Made by a program: the position numbers and the translations under genes. This document shows positions 23,276 to 24,000 of a DNA stretch of 24,000 nucleotides, one piece after another. The stretch lies in contig NZ_JABASY010000001.1 of NCBI RefSeq assembly GCF_016107685.1, positions 4,187 to 28,186 on the forward strand, given 5' to 3'. A model generated the notes under the pieces. That model was not told the origin of the DNA. It searched no databases and saw only the letters and a list, made by a program, of their open reading frames with translations. Within the stretch, counting starts at the first letter, position 1. Every line of letters begins with the position of its first letter. This DNA is from Brevibacterium yomogidense (GTDB lineage: Bacteria; Actinomycetota; Actinomycetes; Actinomycetales; Brevibacteriaceae).

Positions 23276-24000
23276 TCACTTTCTGCGGCGCACCATGACC
23301 GCGGCGATCAGCGCGGCCAGGAGCACGAGCAGCCCCAGCGCTATCACCGCGGGCGCGCTCTTCCACAGCTGCTGGTGCCACGCGTCGGCCGCCTGCGGCT
23401 CGCCGTCCCAGGCGGCGAGCCCGTCCTGGGCCCCCTCGCCGCCCCCGTCGCCGCCGGCCCCGGCGCCCTCACCCACGGCCTCGCCTCCGCCCTGCCCGCC
23501 GGAGGAGGTGACGATGGACTCGGCGGTCGGCTCGTCGGTACGTCCGTCGACCGTGATGGCGGCGGTGTTCTCCACCTCCGTCGCGTCCTCCGGCACCAGG
23601 GTCGGGATGATGATCGCGCCGATCTTCCCGCGCGGCACGTCCCGGATCGTGCCCTGCACGTGGCCCTCAGTACAAGTGACATCGTGATTCTGCGCGAGGA
23701 GTGAGCTGTCCCAGTGGCCACCCACGTCCAGATTCCAGATCTCCACCCGCATCTGTGCGCACAGGAAGACCTGCCCGCCCTCCGCGCTGTCGTCGAACGT
23801 GACGGAGTCGTGACCCAGCGGCCCCATGATGATCCACTCGACCACCCCGGTGTCCGGGTAGTACTCGCCGTACGTCTGCCCCTTGTGCCTGCTGTTGATC
23901 CACCCCTCGTCGGAGCGAGGCATGACCTCGACCGTGGTCGCGCGACCGCCACCCCAGCCGATGTCGACGAAGCCACCCGGCTGTGCACCGTCGACGACCT
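23276..24000 (-). CDS. Paralogous adhesin-like surface protein with C-terminal TM/basic tail but no LPXTG (N-terminus beyond the right edge)
   Basis: The frame stays open upstream of the track's Met (23923) to the window edge; my translation reads ...VVDGAQPGGFVDIGWGGGRATTVEVMPRSDEGW.... It is co-linear with the neighbour: WINSRHKGQTYGEYYPDTGVVEWIIMGPLGHDSVTFDD...VEIWNLDVGGHWDSSLLAQNHDVTCTE versus WVNDRDKGQKHGTYYPESGIVEWIVMGPLGYDEVTFVD...VEIWTLDDKGHWDSSELAENHDVTCTE. It has a Gly-rich stalk and ends ...QQLWKSAPAVIALGLLVLLAALIAAVMVRRRK. Confidence 0.8.
   Translation of the reverse strand, partial: VVDGAQPGGFVDIGWGGGRATTVEVMPRSDEGWINSRHKGQTYGEYYPDTGVVEWIIMGPLGHDSVTFDDSAEGGQVFLCAQMRVEIWNLDVGGHWDSSLLAQNHDVTCTEGHVQGTIRDVPRGKIGAIIIPTLVPEDATEVENTAAITVDGRTDEPTAESIVTSSGGQGGGEAVGEGAGAGGDGGGEGAQDGLAAWDGEPQAADAWHQQLWKSAPAVIALGLLVLLAALIAAVMVRRRK

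Overview
High-GC actinobacterial chromosomal segment (Micrococcales-like is only my guess from protein style). It is densely coded: 22 CDS (2 run off the window edges) plus one gene remnant. I saw no rRNA, tRNA, CRISPR array, transposase or integrase. Left to right: partial ABC ATPase(-), pyrE(-), SDR oxidoreductase(-), thioesterase-fold protein(-), xthA(+). Then a visibly lower-GC patch (~4030-7445) with an acyltransferase-3(-), a GT25-like glycosyltransferase(-), a ~520-nt non-coding gap, a 41-codon remnant of a second xthA 3-prime end(+) and a GT2(-). Then a small membrane protein(-), clpB(-) with an HspR-type HAIR operator upstream, a divergent HprK-like P-loop/PqqD-like fusion gene(+), enoyl-CoA hydratase(+), NAD-epimerase(+), LCP ligase(-), a translationally coupled conserved-protein/GT2/pheA operon(-), YtcJ-like amidohydrolase(+) followed by a COG0523 CobW-type GTPase(+), an SRPBCC protein(-), and two tandem paralogous MSCRAMM-like surface adhesins(-). 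Most of the window is ordinary housekeeping. The parts worth a second look are: (1) the duplicated xthA 3-prime end bracketing a low-GC glycan-modification cassette that has no mobility genes; (2) the orphan HprK-like/PqqD fusion sharing a HAIR-containing divergent promoter region with clpB; (3) the adhesin pair, where one copy has LPRTG and a 27-bp tandem-repeat stalk and the other has a degenerate LWKSA at the same position. I could not identify a clear multi-gene novel system such as a defence or toxin system. All homology calls come from motif recognition by eye, not from searches.
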